A stretch of DNA of 64,000 bases from Squalus acanthias. Taxonomy: Eukaryota. The notes beneath the pieces were generated by a model that had not been told where the DNA came from, made no database searches, and worked only from the letters and a program-made list of their open reading frames with translations. Location: assembly GCA_030390025.1 (NCBI GenBank), contig CM059430.1, positions 72,726,001-72,790,000 on the forward strand, in the 5' to 3' direction. How positions within the stretch are numbered: the stretch's first letter is position 1; every line of letters begins with the position of its first letter. The translations under genes and the position numbers were made by a program. Below are positions 63,636 to 64,000 of the stretch, one piece after another.

Positions 63636-64000
63636 TACAACTTGCAATTATACAGCGCCTTTAATGTACCAAAACTTCCCATTGCGCTTCACAGGAGCGT
63701 ACTCAGACAACGAAATTGACTAGGGAACCAAAGAAGGAAACGTTAGGAGAGGGGACTAAAACCTTGATCAAAGAGGTAGGTTTACGGAGCATTTTAAAGG
63801 ATGAGAGAGATGTAGAGAAGTGTCGGGAGTAAATTCCAGCGTTGTGGGATTATACATTTGAGGGCTCGGCACACCATGGTGGGGCGAAGGTAGTCGGGAA
63901 TCCGAAAGTGCCGGAATTGGAATAATGCAGGTTTCTGTGCTTATTAAAGGGCCGGAGAATGTTGAAGAGATTAGCAGGGGCGTGGTTATGGAGCGATTTG
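63636..64000 (-). mobile_element. L2-clade LINE 3' end (runs off the window)
   Basis: Collinear with 57850-58220. Confidence 0.75.

Overview
This is eukaryotic, intron-containing, AT-rich, repeat-dense DNA. Its repeat content (HE1-like V-SINEs, SacSINE1-like DeuSINEs, HER1/CR1 LINEs, Penelope, Harbinger) points to a cartilaginous fish, most likely a shark (inference). The ORF track shows only fragments of the host genes. Walking GT-AG splice sites by hand on the minus strand gives two tandem, co-oriented paralogous type I membrane IgSF genes with the layout leader / germline-joined VJ-type V domain / C1-set domain / TM / tail. Gene A (21315 down to about 13800 or lower) has an Arg in the N-terminal part of the TM and a very short tail, an activating signature. 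Gene B (45803 down to 38538) has an uncharged TM core and a tail with ITIM VLYAAL plus ITSM TVYAQV, an inhibitory signature. Together they look like a paired activating/inhibitory, non-rearranging antigen-receptor-like (VJ-C1) system. Most of the rest is transposable elements: a young, nearly intact CR1 LINE about 300 bp upstream of gene A, many decayed CR1s, two Penelope-like elements (one with a minimal hammerhead ribozyme motif), Harbinger transposons and MITEs, SINEs, and several nested insertions. All exon models and identity figures are manual readings, and repeat boundaries are approximate.
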